From Alphaproteobacteria bacterium (GTDB taxonomy: Bacteria; Pseudomonadota; Alphaproteobacteria; UBA2966): a stretch of DNA of 64,000 nt. Positions 30,652 through 39,280 of this stretch are shown here, piece after piece. The stretch's first letter is position 1, and each line of letters opens with the position of its first letter. The position numbers and the translations under genes are program-made. The stretch is from contig OZ219856.1 of assembly GCA_964291395.2 (NCBI GenBank), positions 928,001 through 992,000 on the forward strand. Reading direction: 5' to 3'. Below the pieces are notes generated by a model that saw only the letters and a list, made by a program, of their open reading frames with translations, was not told where the DNA came from and ran no database searches.

Positions 30652-30681
30652 AGGGCGGTTCCTTCGGGGGCCGCCCTTTTT
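30652..30681 (+). terminator. Rho-independent terminator of the porin gene
   Basis: AGGGCGGTTCC-TTCG-GGGGCCGCCCT followed by T run. Confidence 0.85.
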
Positions 30682-30728
30682 GGGCCATCGCCCGAGCCTG
30701 TCACGCCGAACCCAAAAGGCACGATTCC

Positions 30729-30752
30729 TTCCGATAATTTTCATTGTCGGAA
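30729..30752. other. Candidate tyrosine-recombinase core site (9-6-9)
   Basis: TTCCGATAA-TTTTCA-TTGTCGGAA, about 270 bp from the recombinase stop. Confidence 0.6.
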
Positions 30753-31024
30753 CGTGCGCGCGTCTTGTTCACGCCGCCGCATGTGCCGCTTCTCCCAGGA
30801 TTCGAGCGGGTACGGCGCGACTGCTCGCAGGATGCCGATGTCGTTCCGTCCCGACCGATCGTGCCCGCCGACGGGCCCGACACGCCGCGGCAGCGCCGAT
30901 GCGAGAGGCCGAAGCCGCGGTGGCCGTTATCCGCGTCGCCGGGCCGTTCGAGGCCTTGGGAGGTCCGAGTTGCGCCGGCCGAAGACACCCGCTGGACGAA
31001 GGAGGTGCCGAAGCCCGGCACGTC

Positions 31025-32086
31025 CTAGGCGCATTCTCGCGGACTTGTCCGGCAATCGCAGGTTTCGCGCCGGCAAATGCCGCAAAGAATATCGCCCTGG
31101 GATCCCGGGCCGTGCCTCAATCGCGCGACCGCCCCGCGTGCCGCGAGCTGGCTGCGGGCATAGCGGCCCGGCATGGACGGCGACTGCCAGCGTCCGGCGA
31201 CCTGCATCTCGACCAGCCCGGCCCCGGCCGCGGCGAGGGATTGCGCGGACCCGATCCGGAGCGAGTGACCGGAAACCCGACCCTCGATACCGGCTTCGGC
31301 GGCGCGCGCCTGGATGATGGCGCGGGCGGCGCGATCCGTGATCGCTTCGGCCAGGACCACCCCGTTGCAGCGGATGCGCCGGAACAACGGGCCGTCATGG
31401 ATGCCGCCTGCGTCGCGCCACGTCGTGATCCTCCGCATGGTCGGTTCGCCGACGAACAATACCGCGCCTTCTCCTTCCTGGTCCGTCTTGCTGCGATGCA
31501 CGGTGAGCCGGCCGGACCCGTCCGCCTCGGTCTCGAGGTCGGCAACTTGGGTGGCGACGGCCTCGGACATGCGGAGCAGGCAATCGCTGGTGAGCGCGAC
31601 AAGCGCAGCATCGCGAAGCCCGGCAAGCTTCCTGTCGCTATTGGCTGCCACGGCGGCAACGGTATCGGCTTCGGACCATTGGAGGCCCCTTACTTGGCCG
31701 CGGCCACGCCCGCGCCCCTCGCGGCGGATCCCGGCAAGCACCCGAAAGGTTTGCTCGCCGACCGGCGCCGGATGCCCGACCAGCTTCGCGGCAGTCTTCA
31801 CGGCGGCAACGGTAAGCGCGATCGTTTCTGGCGCGAGTCCGGCTTCATGGCGCTCGGCGAGATAGTCGGCGATCGCGACGTCGTTGGGTTCCCGACCTTG
31901 TTCGGCAAGCCAGGAGTCGAGGCTTGCGAGCGCAGCGCGATAGGTGGCAATCGTGCGGGGAGCAAGGGCCGCACCGGCGAGGCGCTGCGCGGCTTCAGAG
32001 AGCGGCGCTACGGCTTTCGCCGGAAATTCGGCACTCGAAGCGGTTATTGCGGCGGACAACGCGGTTGCTTTGGCAGTGCGTGGCAT
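31025..32086 (-). CDS. Cre-like tyrosine recombinase
   Basis: GLRDAAL, LLRMSE (R), RSKTDQ (K), GHSLR (HxxR), GRW (W), PGRY (Y); catalytic set complete. Confidence 0.93.
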   Translation of the reverse strand: MPRTAKATALSAAITASSAEFPAKAVAPLSEAAQRLAGAALAPRTIATYRAALASLDSWLAEQGREPNDVAIADYLAERHEAGLAPETIALTVAAVKTAAKLVGHPAPVGEQTFRVLAGIRREGRGRGRGQVRGLQWSEADTVAAVAANSDRKLAGLRDAALVALTSDCLLRMSEAVATQVADLETEADGSGRLTVHRSKTDQEGEGAVLFVGEPTMRRITTWRDAGGIHDGPLFRRIRCNGVVLAEAITDRAARAIIQARAAEAGIEGRVSGHSLRIGSAQSLAAAGAGLVEMQVAGRWQSPSMPGRYARSQLAARGAVARLRHGPGSQGDILCGICRRETCDCRTSPRECA

Positions 32087-32442
32087 AACGTTTCCCTGTA
32101 GACAACTTCCGATCGGCACGGTCCTCGAGTGGATCGGAAACGGACAGCAGGCGACGCATGCCGACACCCCGCAGTGTGGAATGTCGGTCTCCGAAAGGGC
32201 AGCCGTTGCGCCCCGGATCGACAACCCGCCGAGAGATGACAGCCGGTGCGTCATTGATTGGGTCTCGCCGGTTGGCTCGCCGCATCGTCCGAGCCACGTG
32301 CAAGACCAGACCCAATATAGGTCCCGATGCGGAAAAGAAAATGTCGTGCCGGCATACCTCCATACGAGCGCGGCATGTCGCCGGACCGGCCCTTCGCCCC
32401 GTTCCGCTCCTTCGTTCCGGAGAAACGGCCGGGCATGTGCCG

Positions 32443-32493
32443 ACAGGAAAACGGACCGTGGTGAGACGGAAATCACCTTGCGGTCAGGGCCGG
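32443..32493 (+). repeat. 51-bp perfect direct repeat, copy 1
   Basis: ACAGGAAAACGGACCGTGGTGAGACGGAAATCACCTTGCGGTCAGGGCCGG. Confidence 0.97.
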
Positions 32494-32747
32494 TCGCCTG
32501 ATCGATTCGGTCCTATCATCCGAGGATCGACCGCTGCTCGGGATCAAGTACAGCTGCTTCGACGACGTAGACCGCCGCGAAAGTACATAGGGCCCGGTTG
32601 CCCGAGCCCTATGTCGGCCAGCTTGGCCGACCCCGGAGCGCAATGCTCTGATAATCGGAACATGGCGCTGTCGCCCGGACGGGTCAAGAACGTCGGCTGT
32701 GCAACCTGTGCGTTGCATCGTTTGCCTCGGTGTGTATATAGTTGCGC

Positions 32748-32930
32748 ATGTTGCGCAGTAGCCGGGACATCGTCAAGCGTCTCAAGGCCGAAGGGTTCGA
32801 ACTGGTGAGCGTGAAGGGATCGCACCATAAATACAGAAAGGGCACGATCACCGTGGTCGTGCCGCATCCGAAGAAGGACTTGCCCGTGGGCACCGCCCGG
32901 AGCATCGCCAGGCGGGTGGGCTGGAACTGA
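32748..32930 (+). CDS. hicA: HicA mRNA interferase toxin
   Basis: GFELVSVKGSHHKY...VVPHPKKDLPVGT. Confidence 0.93.
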   Translation: MLRSSRDIVKRLKAEGFELVSVKGSHHKYRKGTITVVVPHPKKDLPVGTARSIARRVGWN

Positions 32931-32940
32931 GGAGACAGTC

Positions 32941-33330
32941 GTGCACTACGTCGCCGTCATAGACAAGGACCCTGGAAGCGCCTACGGGGTCCGGTTTCCG
33001 GAGGTGCCGGGATGCTATTCGGCCGCCGACAGCTTCGATGACATCGTTCCCAACGCGATCGAGGCGTTGAGCCTGTTCTTCGAGGACGGTGAGCCTGTGC
33101 CACCGCGCGGCATCGAAGCGGTGCGTGAGCAAGTTGCCGGGAGCATCGCGGAGGGCGCGGTGCTGATGATGATTCCCTATGTGCGGGACCGGAAGCGGGT
33201 CGTGCGGGTGAACTTGAGCCTGGAGAAGGGGTTCCTCGATACCCTCGACGAGGCGGCGCGCATGCGTGGCATGACGCGCTCCGCGTTCGTTCAGAAAGCA
33301 GCCACGCGAGAGATACTCGACCCAGCCTGA
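32941..33330 (+). CDS. hicB: HicB antitoxin with C-terminal RHH
   Basis: YGVRFPEVPGCYSAAD; RVNLSL...GMTRSAF. Confidence 0.93.
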   Translation: MHYVAVIDKDPGSAYGVRFPEVPGCYSAADSFDDIVPNAIEALSLFFEDGEPVPPRGIEAVREQVAGSIAEGAVLMMIPYVRDRKRVVRVNLSLEKGFLDTLDEAARMRGMTRSAFVQKAATREILDPA

Positions 33331-33479
33331 AACGGGCAAAGTCGTCGGCTTCGGGGTAAATCTCGACGCGCCGCGCCGCGAGGCCGCCAACGACAGCGAT
33401 CACGCTCTGATGCTCGGGGGCGCCCGTGCTCGGCTTTCCCGCTTCCCGGCCCGGCAGCCGCGCCGGGAAGCTTCCGCCA

Positions 33480-33530
33480 ACAGGAAAACGGACCGTGGTG
33501 AGACGGAAATCACCTTGCGGTCAGGGCCGG
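33480..33530 (+). repeat. 51-bp perfect direct repeat, copy 2
   Basis: Identical to 32443-32493. Confidence 0.97.
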
Positions 33531-33750
33531 CGCCGGCGGTGGCCAGGCCGCTCCGGGCAGGAAAGTCGGCCCCGGGCAACGCCTTTGCCGGGCGGGGGTC
33601 GAACCCGCTGGGCAGCGTCGGAAGGTTTCAGGCCGCCCCGTCCTCCGTCCCGGGACTTCGCCCGGCGCCAGGTCGAAGTGGAACGCCGGTTGACACTCGT
33701 GACATTACCGGGTCACTTCCTTGCCGGCGCTGAAAGTGAAATTCGAAGAT

Positions 33751-34776
33751 ATGTCCGTAAACGTTCTCACGAGAGCCGAACCGATCGACGCCCGTGAAGT
33801 TCCCGTAGTCGATATCGCTCCGCTGCGGGATGGCACCGACGCCGCCCGGGTCGGGGCCGAACTCCACCGGGCCGCGAGCGAGGTCGGCTTCCTCTACATC
33901 CGCAATCACGGGGTGGACGCGGCGGTGGTCGAGCGGGCGCGGCGGGCCGCGCTCGCGTTCTTTCGGCTGCCGGAGGAAGCCAAGCGGGAAGCCGGCACGA
34001 ATCAATACCACCACGGGTATCTCAAGCCGGGGTCGACGAAGATGTACGACGACGCCAGGCACGATCTCAAGGAGAGCTTCAACTGGGGCATCGAACCCTT
34101 CGGCGAATCAGGCGGTGATCACAACTCCATGACCGCGCCGACGAACGCTCTCGTTGGGCCGAACGTGTGGCCGGCGGCGATGCCGGAGCTCAGGACCAGC
34201 GTCTATCCGTACTTCGAGGCGGCCAGCGCGTGCGCGGAAGATCTCCTGCGGGGCTTCGCGCTTGGCGCCGGCCTTGACGCCGAGCATTTCATCCGACTCC
34301 GCGACCGGCCGGTGAGCCGAGGGTCGCTCCAATACTATCCTCCGCAACCGGAGGGGGCCGAGGAGGACCAGTTCGGCGTCGCCCCGCACACCGATTTCGG
34401 CCTGCTCACCGTGCTCTGCCAGGACGAGATCGGTGGGCTCGAAATCCGGCTGCCCGACGGCCGGTGGGCCGCCATGCCACCGGTCCCGGACACCTGCGTC
34501 GTCAACATCGGAGACCTGCTGGAACGCTGGTCGAACCGCCGGTACCGTTCCACCGTGCACCGGGTGATCAACAGGAGCGGTCGCGACCGCCTCTCCCTCG
34601 TGGTCGCCTACGATCCGAACTTCGAGACCCTCGTCGACCCGCGGGCGTTCTGCGCGGAGGAAGAGGTGCCGTGCGACGAGCCCATCACCTGCGGCGACTA
34701 CCTGCTGTGGCGATTCGGGAAGGCATTTTCCTATCGCCGGCGAGGCGAGGAGGGCTCCCGGGCGCCCGCCGACTGA
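33751..34776 (+). CDS. Isopenicillin N synthase-like 2OG-Fe(II) oxygenase
   Basis: GFLYIRNHGV, DLKESF, HTDFG, NIGDLLERWSN, STVHRV, RLS. Confidence 0.93.
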   Translation: MSVNVLTRAEPIDAREVPVVDIAPLRDGTDAARVGAELHRAASEVGFLYIRNHGVDAAVVERARRAALAFFRLPEEAKREAGTNQYHHGYLKPGSTKMYDDARHDLKESFNWGIEPFGESGGDHNSMTAPTNALVGPNVWPAAMPELRTSVYPYFEAASACAEDLLRGFALGAGLDAEHFIRLRDRPVSRGSLQYYPPQPEGAEEDQFGVAPHTDFGLLTVLCQDEIGGLEIRLPDGRWAAMPPVPDTCVVNIGDLLERWSNRRYRSTVHRVINRSGRDRLSLVVAYDPNFETLVDPRAFCAEEEVPCDEPITCGDYLLWRFGKAFSYRRRGEEGSRAPAD

Positions 34777-34837
34777 GCGACGGACCTCCTGCGCTTCGCG
34801 AAGGCATGCCGACGATTCGCTCCGGGGCGGCCCGCAA

Positions 34838-35455
34838 TCAGTCGCCGCCGGGCCCGTGCCGGCGGCTCTCGGCTTCTTCCGGCGTGACGTAGAACCCCAC
34901 CACGTCACCCTCCAGCGTCACGCCCAGCCCGTTGAGCAGCCGGTTCACATAGTTGAAATAGCCGCAGATCTGGTTGACCTCGAGGATGCGGCCGTCGTCG
35001 ACTCCCTCCGCGCGCATGGCCGCCACGTCGGTCTCGGCCATCGCGCCCGGCTCGCGGGTCAGCTTGCCGGCGTAGCGCAGCATGGCGAGCTCACCCGCCT
35101 CGAACGCATCCTCGGGACGGCCTGCTTTCAGGGCCGCCAGGATCGCGTCGGCCCGGTCATCGTCGCCGAGGAGATGGCGCGCATTGGCGAAGTGGTTGGC
35201 GAGGCTGTAGTCGCACCGGTTGAGGATGCTCACCCAGGACGCGACCACCTCCTGAAACCACATGGGGAGCTGGTTGGCATCGTGATGCAACACGCTCATG
35301 TAGAGGGCCTGGTGGCCCATCATCGTGTGCGGTCTGAGCGAGTGAACGCGCATGACGTTCCCCACGTCGCCCGACGGCCCTCGAACGGCGTCGAGGCAGG
35401 CTGCCAGTTCGGGAGAGGAAACCTCGTCACGGCTTGCCGCAATCCAAGCTATCAT
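34838..35455 (-). CDS. AhpD/CMD-like peroxidase-related enzyme
   Basis: VHSLRP, VSILNRCDYSLANH, YFNYVNR. Confidence 0.85.
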   Translation of the reverse strand: MIAWIAASRDEVSSPELAACLDAVRGPSGDVGNVMRVHSLRPHTMMGHQALYMSVLHHDANQLPMWFQEVVASWVSILNRCDYSLANHFANARHLLGDDDRADAILAALKAGRPEDAFEAGELAMLRYAGKLTREPGAMAETDVAAMRAEGVDDGRILEVNQICGYFNYVNRLLNGLGVTLEGDVVGFYVTPEEAESRRHGPGGD

Positions 35456-35627
35456 GTGCCGCCCTCCCAAGCGTTGTCGGCGAAGTCTTCAAGGTACACG
35501 GAACCGGGTCGTCCGTCAGGGTATCGTCTCACGACAGCCTGTCGACTCCTATTGCGAGGAAGCGCCTGCCCAAGCGCTCAAGTCCATGCGGCATTTGAGC
35601 ACCTCTCGTGGCGTCTGTTTTCCTGTT

Positions 35628-36042
35628 GTTGTCGGAAAGGTGGCGTCGGGCTCGGGGTGCGGCCAGGTGCATGATCGGGTGTCGATCCGGCAACCCGGGG
35701 CCCGGAAGAGTCCTTTACCCGCTACCTCACGATGACAAGCTCCTCCCCGGGTACCGGCGTGTTGTTCGCCGCGCCTCTGGCAATGACGGCCTCGCGTCCG
35801 CCATGCTGTTCGATAAGCCGTGCCTGATCGGAGAGCGCCCTTTCGTTGATCTCTTCCGGATCGATCATCTTCAGGAGGTCTTCCTTCAAGCCGTTCAACG
35901 TTCCGGAATGGCTTGGATCGGCCGCGACGTTGTGCAGTTCTTCGGGATCGGCCTCCATGTCGTAGAGTTCCGAATCGTACCCGCCGGCATAGTGCAAGTA
36001 CTTGTAGCGATCGGTACGAAGCATGTAGACGCCGGAAATCGC
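35628..36042 (-). repeat. 415-bp duplicate of 40791-41205 (sulfatase 3' end plus downstream DNA)
   Basis: Near-identical; at least 3 substitutions seen. Confidence 0.95.
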
Positions 36043-36059
36043 CCTGGTCCGCCGGCTCG

Positions 36060-36127
36060 ACCCAGCTTGGCCGAGAAACCGGCAATGCACTAACATTCAA
36101 AGTGGACCACTCAGTGGGGGCCGGTCA
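36060..36127 (+). mobile_element. Orphan IS3 right end
   Basis: Matches 39114-39181, ending ...CTCAGTGGGGGCCGGTCA. Confidence 0.9.
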
Positions 36128-36187
36128 ATCACGACTACCCATCACGACCAGATACCCGCTTTGGGCTTCCTATACTCGCTACACCGT

Positions 36188-36967
36188 CTACCATTGTCGC
36201 TTAGGGGCCTTGGCGCGCCCGGCTCTCCAGGCACTAATCTGCGCATAGCCCATGACGCTGATCATGGGAAACAAGCTTGCCAGCGCAATCAAACCGAAGC
36301 CATCGAGCAGCGGACTACGCCCAGGTACAGTAGTGGCCAGTCCCAGCCCCAGCGCCGCGACTAACGGCACGGTGACGGTCGAAGTGGTCACGCCTCCGGA
36401 GTCGTAGGCCAGAGGAATGATCATCCGTGGCGCGAAGAAGGCCGTCTGCAAGATCACGATGATGTACCCCGCGATCATGTACATGTAGAGCGGCGTACCC
36501 GTCACGATGCGAAACACACCAACGGCGATGCTCGCAGACACGCCGATGGCTACCGCCACCCGGAGCCCCCAGGCGCTTACCGTACCGCCAGAGGCTTGAT
36601 TGGCCTTCATCGCGACCGCCAGCAAAGCTGGCTCGGCAATGGTCGTAGAGAAGCCGATGGCGGCGGCGAATATGTACACCCAGTAGTAGTCCCACCACTG
36701 CAAGGGGCCCTCGTCCAAGCCGACGAAGCTAGGCGCCGTGAGCTGCTGCGCCATGACCCGGCCGAGCGGAAACAGAGCACGCTCGAGCCCCACCAGGAAT
36801 AGAGCCAAGCCCAAGATGACGCAGGCAAAGCCCACCAGGGTGCGCCGCAAGTTAGGGATCGGTTGACGCAATATGATGGTTTGGAAGACCACCAGAATTA
36901 TCATCACCGGCAGCACGTCGAACACCGTGGTCTGCAGGCTCTCTAGGCACGCTTCCAGCCACCCCAT
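36188..36967 (-). CDS. DUF1538 family membrane protein
   Basis: [27 protein letters not shown]. Confidence 0.9.
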   Translation of the reverse strand: MGWLEACLESLQTTVFDVLPVMIILVVFQTIILRQPIPNLRRTLVGFACVILGLALFLVGLERALFPLGRVMAQQLTAPSFVGLDEGPLQWWDYYWVYIFAAAIGFSTTIAEPALLAVAMKANQASGGTVSAWGLRVAVAIGVSASIAVGVFRIVTGTPLYMYMIAGYIIVILQTAFFAPRMIIPLAYDSGGVTTSTVTVPLVAALGLGLATTVPGRSPLLDGFGLIALASLFPMISVMGYAQISAWRAGRAKAPKRQW

Positions 36968-36970
36968 CGC

Positions 36971-37699
36971 TCAAACCACCATGCCGAAGATGAGCAAGAA
37001 AATCATCGGCGAAATACTTGCAAAGGCGATGAGCCCGAAGCCATCGATCATGGGATTACGGCCGGGCGTGGCCATCGCAAGGCCCACGCCCAGTGCGGTT
37101 ACCAGAGGCACCGTGACCGTTGACGTGGTGACGCCACCGGAGTCATAGGCAATGCCGACTATCCACTTCGGCGCAAAGGCCGTCAGCACGACGACCACCA
37201 CATAGCCGGTAATGATGATGGCGGGCAGCGACCAGCCTCGCAGGATTCGCAACACACCGACGGAAATAGCGGTGCCCACAGACGCCGCCACCGTATACCG
37301 AAGAGCGACCGCATAACGGCTACGGACACTCTCCTCGTCGACGATGACGCCTTCGGCAGCCATGATTCTGGACGCCTCCTCGGTCACGGCGATCAGCGCC
37401 GGCTCGGCCACCGTGGTGCCAAAACCTAGGGCGAAGGCAAAAAGGAGCAACAAGGCCACGTTGCCTTTGCGCGCGAAGGCGCCGGCCAGCGCCTCGCCAA
37501 TGGGGAAGAGCGCCATTTCGAGACCGCGCACGAATAGCGCTAGGCCTATCAACACGACCGCCAGCCCTACCAGCATCTCGACAAGATTGGGGAAAGGCTG
37601 GCGTAGCACCGCCAGCTGAAAGAACGTTACCACCAAGTACAATGGGCGCGAGATCTCGAGCGGTACTCGCCAAAAGCCGCAGATCGGGACGAGCCACAC
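36971..37699 (-). CDS. DUF1538 family membrane protein (N-terminal frameshift near 37635)
   Basis: Same motifs; expected N-terminus [10 protein letters not shown] lies in an adjacent frame. Confidence 0.8.
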   Translation of the reverse strand: MWLVPICGFWRVPLEISRPLYLVVTFFQLAVLRQPFPNLVEMLVGLAVVLIGLALFVRGLEMALFPIGEALAGAFARKGNVALLLLFAFALGFGTTVAEPALIAVTEEASRIMAAEGVIVDEESVRSRYAVALRYTVAASVGTAISVGVLRILRGWSLPAIIITGYVVVVVLTAFAPKWIVGIAYDSGGVTTSTVTVPLVTALGVGLAMATPGRNPMIDGFGLIAFASISPMIFLLIFGMVV

Positions 37700-37868
37700 T
37701 GAGTAGCCAATCGGTCAGCGCGCGAGGTGACTCGCCTCGCGAGTAGCCATTCAAAGTTAAAATGACAGCAAATCCGTGACAGCCGAGCGAACCAGCTGAG
37801 ACGCCCCTTAGGAAAAGATGCAAAAGTGTACCTAAATGGCAGCCCAATGCAATGGGGGATTTTTGATA

Positions 37869-37881
37869 TAACTATCTGATT
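37869..37881 (-). promoter_or_regulatory. IHF-consensus site in AT-rich patch
   Basis: AATCAGATAGTTA fits WATCARNNNNTTR. Confidence 0.45.
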
Positions 37882-37974
37882 CTAAATATAAATTCTATGT
37901 CAAGGTCTTTGTAGGGATGATCTTCCCCCATCGAACTGGTCCACCCTTAGGTTATGGAATGAGGAGGGTCGACG

Positions 37975-38253
37975 ATGGCAAGGAAGCGTTACAAGCCGGA
38001 GGAGATCGTGAGCCTGCTGCGACGGGCTGAGGTGCTGCACGGGCAGGGCATGTCGATGGCGGACGCGATCCGTCAGCTCGGGATCAGCGAGGTTACGTTT
38101 TATCGATGGCGAAAGGAGTATGCCGGGATGAGCGGCGATCAGCTTCGCCGCCTGAAGGAGCTTGAGAAGGAGAACGAGCGGCTGCGCCGTGCGGTCTCGG
38201 ACCTGACGCTGGACAAGCAGATACTCAAGGAAGCCGCCCGGGGAAATTTCTGA
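37975..38253 (+). CDS. IS3 transposase OrfA
   Basis: HTH (LGISEVTFYRWRK) and leucine zipper (LKELEKENERL). Confidence 0.93.
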   Translation: MARKRYKPEEIVSLLRRAEVLHGQGMSMADAIRQLGISEVTFYRWRKEYAGMSGDQLRRLKELEKENERLRRAVSDLTLDKQILKEAARGNF

Positions 38254-39147
38254 GCCCCTCGCGCCGCCGCCAGTGCATCGACCATGTCCGTGACCGGCTC
38301 GGGATCTCGGAAAGGCGGGCCTGCAGGGTGCTGGGGCAGCATCGCTCGACCCAGCGCCGGACCCCCTGCGGCCGTGAGGACGAGGACCGTCTGGTCGCGG
38401 ACATGATCGAGCTGGCTCGCCAGTACGGTCGTTACGGCTACCGCCGGATCGCGGCCCTGCTGCGCGACGCCGGCTGGCAGGTCAACGACAAGCGGGTCGA
38501 GCGCCTGTGGCGGCGCGAGGGGCTGAAAGTGCCAACCAAACAACCGAAGCGGGGCCGTCTGTGGCTGAACGACGGCTCCTGTGTCCGGCTGCGTGCCGAG
38601 CGGGCGGACCATGTCTGGTCCTATGACTTCGTGCATCACCGGACCCATGACGGCCGGGCCTTCCGTACGCTCAACGTCCTGGACGAGTTCACGCGCGAAA
38701 GCCTGGCGATCCGGGTTCGCAGGAAGCTCTCCTCGACCGACGTCATCGATGTGCTGACCGACCTGTTCATCCTGCGTGGTATCCCGGCCTGGATCCGCTC
38801 CGACAACGGCCCGGAGTTCGTCGCCGAGGCCGTGCGGCAATGGATCGCCGCAGTCGGCGCCCGCACCGCCTTCATCGAGCCGGGCTCGCCCTGGGAGAAC
38901 GGCTACATCGAGAGCTTCAATGCCAGGCTGCGCGACGAGCTCCTGAACGGAGAGATCTTCTACACCCTCACGGAGGCAAGGATCATGAATCGAATCGTGG
39001 CGGTGCCATTACAACGCGATCCGCCCACATGGCAGCCTGGGATGCCGGCCGCCGGCGCCGGAGACGATTATCTTACCAAGCTGGCCGTCCGGCTCCGCTA
39101 CGCTACGCCGGCCACCCAGCTTGGCCGAGAAACCGGCAATGCACTAA
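38250..39147 (+). CDS. IS3 transposase OrfB (DDE), extra 1-bp insertion near 38988
   Basis: WSYDF, SDNGPEF, PWENGYIESFN; tail IESWR.HYN..RPH shifts frame. Confidence 0.88.
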
Positions 39148-39280
39148 CATTCAAAGTGGACCACTCAGTGGGGGCCGGTCAGCAGGTAATGACCCAACTC
39201 GGACTTTCGCTGTCCCAAAAGCAATGACCAATAGGAACCTCGTCGTCGCACTTCGGTCGGGCACTCGTTGCGTTTGCCTC

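Larger units (their letters stand above)
37918..39181 (+). mobile_element. IS3-family insertion sequence (IS407-like)
   Basis: Imperfect terminal IRs TGATCTTCCCCCA... / ...TGGGGGCCGGTCA; orfA/orfB with GGGAAATTTCTGA slippery junction. Confidence 0.95.

Noticed and set aside
30164-32101. 645-aa plus-strand ORF
   Set aside because: Antisense to the recombinase and crosses a terminator; only its short YTVGPGL stretch belongs to the porin remnant
32100-32720. Group II intron, hammerhead, HDV-like ribozyme or cobalamin/SAM riboswitch
   Set aside because: No domain V, no CUGAUGA/GAAA core, TCCTCG lacks HDV P2/P3 geometry, and no conserved riboswitch boxes recognised
34838-35455. CxxC to CDYS change in the AhpD-like protein as a novelty
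   Set aside because: Single-Cys variants occur in this family; weak signal
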